In this document: positions 31,990-35,590 of the stretch, in pieces
Layout: every line of letters begins with the position of its first letter
Numbering within the stretch: position 1 is the stretch's first letter
Assembly (NCBI RefSeq): GCF_001194135.2
Contig: NC_068988.1
Span: 39,027,999 to 39,063,588, forward strand
Source of the DNA: Octopus bimaculoides
Taxonomy: Eukaryota
Length of the DNA: 35,590 bases
Direction: 5' to 3'
Notes under the pieces: model-generated
What the model was told of the DNA's origin: nothing
Database searches by the model: none
The model's input: only the letters and a program-made list of their open reading frames with translations
Position numbers and translations under genes: made by a program

Positions 31990-34140
31990 TATTCTCCTTT
32001 CTCCTTTCATAACTTTTAAACTGTAGCTTTTATTGCATTCTCATTTTCTTTAGCTGTGTATTTGTTTGTTTGTCTCTTCCTGACGTTGTCTGTATCAAAT
32101 GTCTACAGCTACTTTTGGTAAGGATTTTCTAAGATTAAATCTGGTCTTCTGACAATGGCTGGTCAACGTTCGCTGTATTTCAAAAATCTCCACACGGTTT
32201 TATTTCTTTCCTTTCCAATGTGACCCTGCCATCCCATTTGGTATTACCACATCGCATGTTTCTTTTCTAACTATTCCTTCTGAATTCGTTCAATCTGCCA
32301 TTAAAACAATCGTTAATAAAATACAACTCTTTACACTAAATTTGTTAGAAGTTTAGCTATAAAAGCTATGATGTTAGTCTGTTGTAAACCAGATATTGCT
32401 TAAGCTTTAGTTCTGTTTTCTTAGTTTATTTCTGTTGCACACTTTACGAGTATTCCATGTAGCATTAATTCTTTGACAATTTATACTGGTCACCATATTT
32501 CTTGTCCGATACTTAAGGTCTTCTGCTTGGATAATACAGTTTTAGAGTTTTGATCTCTCTTTCATATAGTACTTGCCAATTCACACATTTTATTGCAATG
32601 TAGTTTGCCATTAGCTCTTTTGTTTCTTTATATAGATATTTCATATTCTTCTCACATTGTCTCATTCTGTTCGTGAATGACCTTTGTGTAGGTCATGAAA
32701 ACTGTTAGTAGTTTTCTCTTATGCTAGCCAAGAACTTCAGAAATGTATCTATATCAGCAATCGAACTCTTTGGCGGATTAATATCTGTCATCCATCTGAA
32801 TGAACTAATTTACAGATTTGTGTTTTTCTTTTTTTCTGATTTATTTTTCCCGTACCTTAATTCATTTAACCAATTCTCTTCGTTTGTATCTCCTTAACGC
32901 TTGAAACTTTCTTTAAACATTTAAAGTTCCAATATATTCAAAACCTGCTTATCTATTATACGCTTTATATACTTCGTTTACAGTCCTGACAAGTTATTAC
33001 ATTAAAACCTTTGTTCCATCTCTTCATTTACATGTCTGTCTATTGCAAATTCTATACCGTTTCTTTACTTTTCTATCTATATTCATTACCTGTGGAGGCG
33101 CAATGGCCCAGTGGTTAGGGCAGCGGACTCGCGGTCATAGGACGCTGTTTCGATTCCCAGACCGGGCGTTCTGAGTGTTTATTGAGCGAAAACACCTAAA
33201 GCTCCATGAGGCTCCGGCAGGGGGTGGTGGCGAACCCTGCTATACTCTTTCACCACATCTTTCTCTCACTCTTACTTCCTGTTTCTGTTGTGCCTGTAAT
33301 TCAAAAGGTCAGCCTTGTCACACCGTGTCACGCTAAATATCCCAGAGAACTACATTAAGGGTACACGTGTCTGTGGAGTGCTCAGCCACTTGCACGTTAA
33401 TTTCACGAGCAGGCTGTTCCGTTGATCGGATCAACTGTAACCCTCGACGTCGTAAGCCAACAGCAACAAAATATTCATTACCTTAGCTACATACCGACTT
33501 TTCCTAGCTTAAATTAAATTTATTAAAGACCCCATAATTTAATTATACTGTCAGTATCCGAATGTCATATATTTTAAGGTTCTTGTCTACTTTTGATTGA
33601 TATATATTCAACTTTTTTTTACTCAATTTACAATTTTCTCCGAGAATTTACTTTAGAAAACGTATATGAAAAGTTCTGCAATAGGCTTTCTTTATTTTTT
33701 TCAATACTCGATTCCTAATCTTTTACAACCTCAGGAATAATAGCGATGTTTATGGTTGTGCTATACGTTCCATTATTGGCAACCAATCTGCGGTAACCAG
33801 GAAATGACTTCTGTAGATTTTTGTAAATGGTTTCTTTTTCAATGAATATTTCAATGAGTAGTTACAGATATTTACCTTTTTCTTCTGTTATTTAATTACA
33901 GAAGGCTTACATTTTAAATCTGCTTACATTTTATCGCATACTCTTAGCAAAAATGTAAGAGGATCCTTGGAATTTGCAGCCCCACGAGGATTTAAAAAAT
34001 ATTTTCCCCTCCATCAATCTTTAGCTAATGTTTTCTGCTTTACTATCGTGAGAGTGATCTATTTCAAGGTTTCCATTGTGGTTTTATAGAGAGATCTTTG
34101 GAGTTTACCCTATTTTGGAATATTACTGTTCATTTTGAGA
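31990..34140 (-). mobile_element. Highly degenerate R4/Dong-like LINE fragment, interrupted by a SINE
   Basis: Frameshifted W-DFEIQ..TDQP..RRPDLIL at ~32130-32200 on the minus strand, matching the restriction-like endonuclease motif. The flanking sequence is purine-rich on the minus strand with many stops. Boundaries are approximate. Confidence 0.55.
33092..33470 (+). mobile_element. Full-length tRNA-derived SINE (family E) with a perfect 13-bp TSD
   Basis: A box TGGCCCAGTGGTTAGG, B box GTTTCGATTCCC and an (AAC)-like tail. TSD ATATTCATTACCT is at 33079-33091 and 33471-33483. Confidence 0.92.
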
Positions 34141-34286
34141 TTCCTTAACCAAGAGCTGACAAGGTTGTATGGTCAAGAAGTTTGTTTCCAAATCATATGG
34201 TTTCCGGTTCAGTCCTATTGCGTTGCACACCCTTGGCGTGGCCAAAACCTAGTGGATCTGGTCGATAGAAACTAACACAGACATAA

Positions 34287-34359
<73 letters not shown>

Positions 34360-34560
34360 GTCTATCTATATTTGTGTGTGTTTGTGTCTCCTTGTCTTGA
34401 CATCACGTGAGAAATGTAAACAAACATCACTGTCATACAAGTGGTGTCTCACGCATCCAATCCTCAGTGAAAATAGAGTCTGTCCATAGAGAAATACTAC
34501 CTTGCTTGGAAATAGCCGAGGATTGGTGACAGAAAAAGCATTCAGCTACTTCCCACAAAA
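34140..34560 (+). mobile_element. SINE with a family-B-like head and an internal (TATC)n
   Basis: ccaaatcatatggtttccggttcagtcctattgcgttgcacacc...gtggatctggtcgatagaaac, followed by a microsatellite and a distinct 3' part. Confidence 0.65.
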
Positions 34561-34930
34561 AAAAAAAAAAAACATGGCTGCAACGAATTCTGTAGTAAGG
34601 AAAAGTGGACGGTAAAACGACTGTGACGATAATGATAATGACGAGTGAGTAGTATCGTGTTAGATCGTCTAGCACTTTCGTTTACGATAGAACTCACAGA
34701 ACGTTTATTTCCTCACAACTTCTTTTCAAGAATCTACGCATATGTTTTGCACCAACCTCTCACTTTTCTTTCATTATTATCCAACAAAATCTTCAACAAA
34801 TTCTCATTTATGAAATCACTTTTAGACGATACTTCTACGGTATGCTTTGTTTCGATCCAGAATGCTTGATCGTTGATTACGAATAAATGCACATGCATGG
34901 AGTCTTATCCCGGCTTCAGAGAGAGAGAGG

Positions 34931-34962
<32 letters not shown>

Positions 34963-34982
34963 GAGAGAGAGANNNNNNNNNN

Positions 34983-35042
<60 letters not shown>

Positions 35043-35540
35043 TAATTCTGTTCTTTCGTACGGAAAAATAAAAACTGTATTCACTAGAATTATCTACGTG
35101 TTCTTCAACTGTTTTATAATTCATTATATCTCTCTTTCCACACATATATAACATGTTCTTGAATGCATTAGAGAATATGACAAACATTTTACCAAAAGTT
35201 CATTTAATATCCAATATCATTAAGTGATTATTTTTGTGTTAGGGAAGAGAAGACCTTAAATTCTAGTGAGTAAAAAGGGCGATTTAATCACGTTCTGCCT
35301 TCTCCAAAATGTGTGGTTTTGTGCTTATGTTGCGAAAAATAATACCTACAACTACTACTACTACTACTACTACTCTGTGTAAGGTGCTTTTATGTTACCC
35401 CAGCTTTTGCAAAGGGTTGCTAGTATCTATCGTATGTTGTTACCCTTAAGGTAATTAAAGAAATCAATTCCGATTCCCTCATCATCACCACTTATATATA
35501 TATATATATATATTTCATTTCATTTCAAAGTTTCATGCTG

Positions 35541-35590
<50 letters not shown>

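Noticed and set aside
877-35187. Dozens of ORFs rich in HT, YI, VC, ER, LS or X in the supplied track
   Set aside because: They are translations of dinucleotide or trinucleotide microsatellites and N gaps, with no splice or domain support.
1-35590. CRISPR arrays, operons or other prokaryotic systems; bona fide tRNA genes
   Set aside because: There are no regularly spaced repeat-spacer units and the sequence is intron-rich animal DNA. The tRNA-like A/B boxes all belong to SINE heads without complete cloverleaves.

Overview
Repeat-saturated, AT-rich, gapped animal genomic DNA. From my recollection of the SINE families it is most likely an Octopus (coleoid cephalopod) scaffold, which is not verified. 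Almost all ORFs in the supplied track are microsatellite or N-gap artefacts. Manual splicing on the minus strand recovers the 3' part of one multi-exon gene. It has an LDL-receptor class A exon (30407-30532), a Thr-rich mucin exon (26598-27046), a run of small phase-compatible exons (23206-23266, 22493-22531, 16976-17032, 16858-16883), a charged exon (15162-15524) and a last exon (14717-14737). The last two together encode a GPI-anchor-like C-terminus, and alternative secreted versus anchored ends look possible. Other content: a 3'-truncated 7SL (SRP RNA) retrocopy with a 17-bp target-site duplication; a 63-bp gapless intronic hairpin whose wobble pairs favour the gene's sense strand; several hammerhead-ribozyme motifs, one intact-looking inside a ~200-bp inverted repeat; a degenerate HDV-like ribozyme candidate; an inverted repeat carrying octamer+CCAAT motifs; adjacent internally deleted Tc1/mariner and pogo-type transposons; R4/Dong-like LINE fragments; and more than 30 SINE copies or fragments. 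No database searches or folding programs were run. All structures and splice models were derived by eye.
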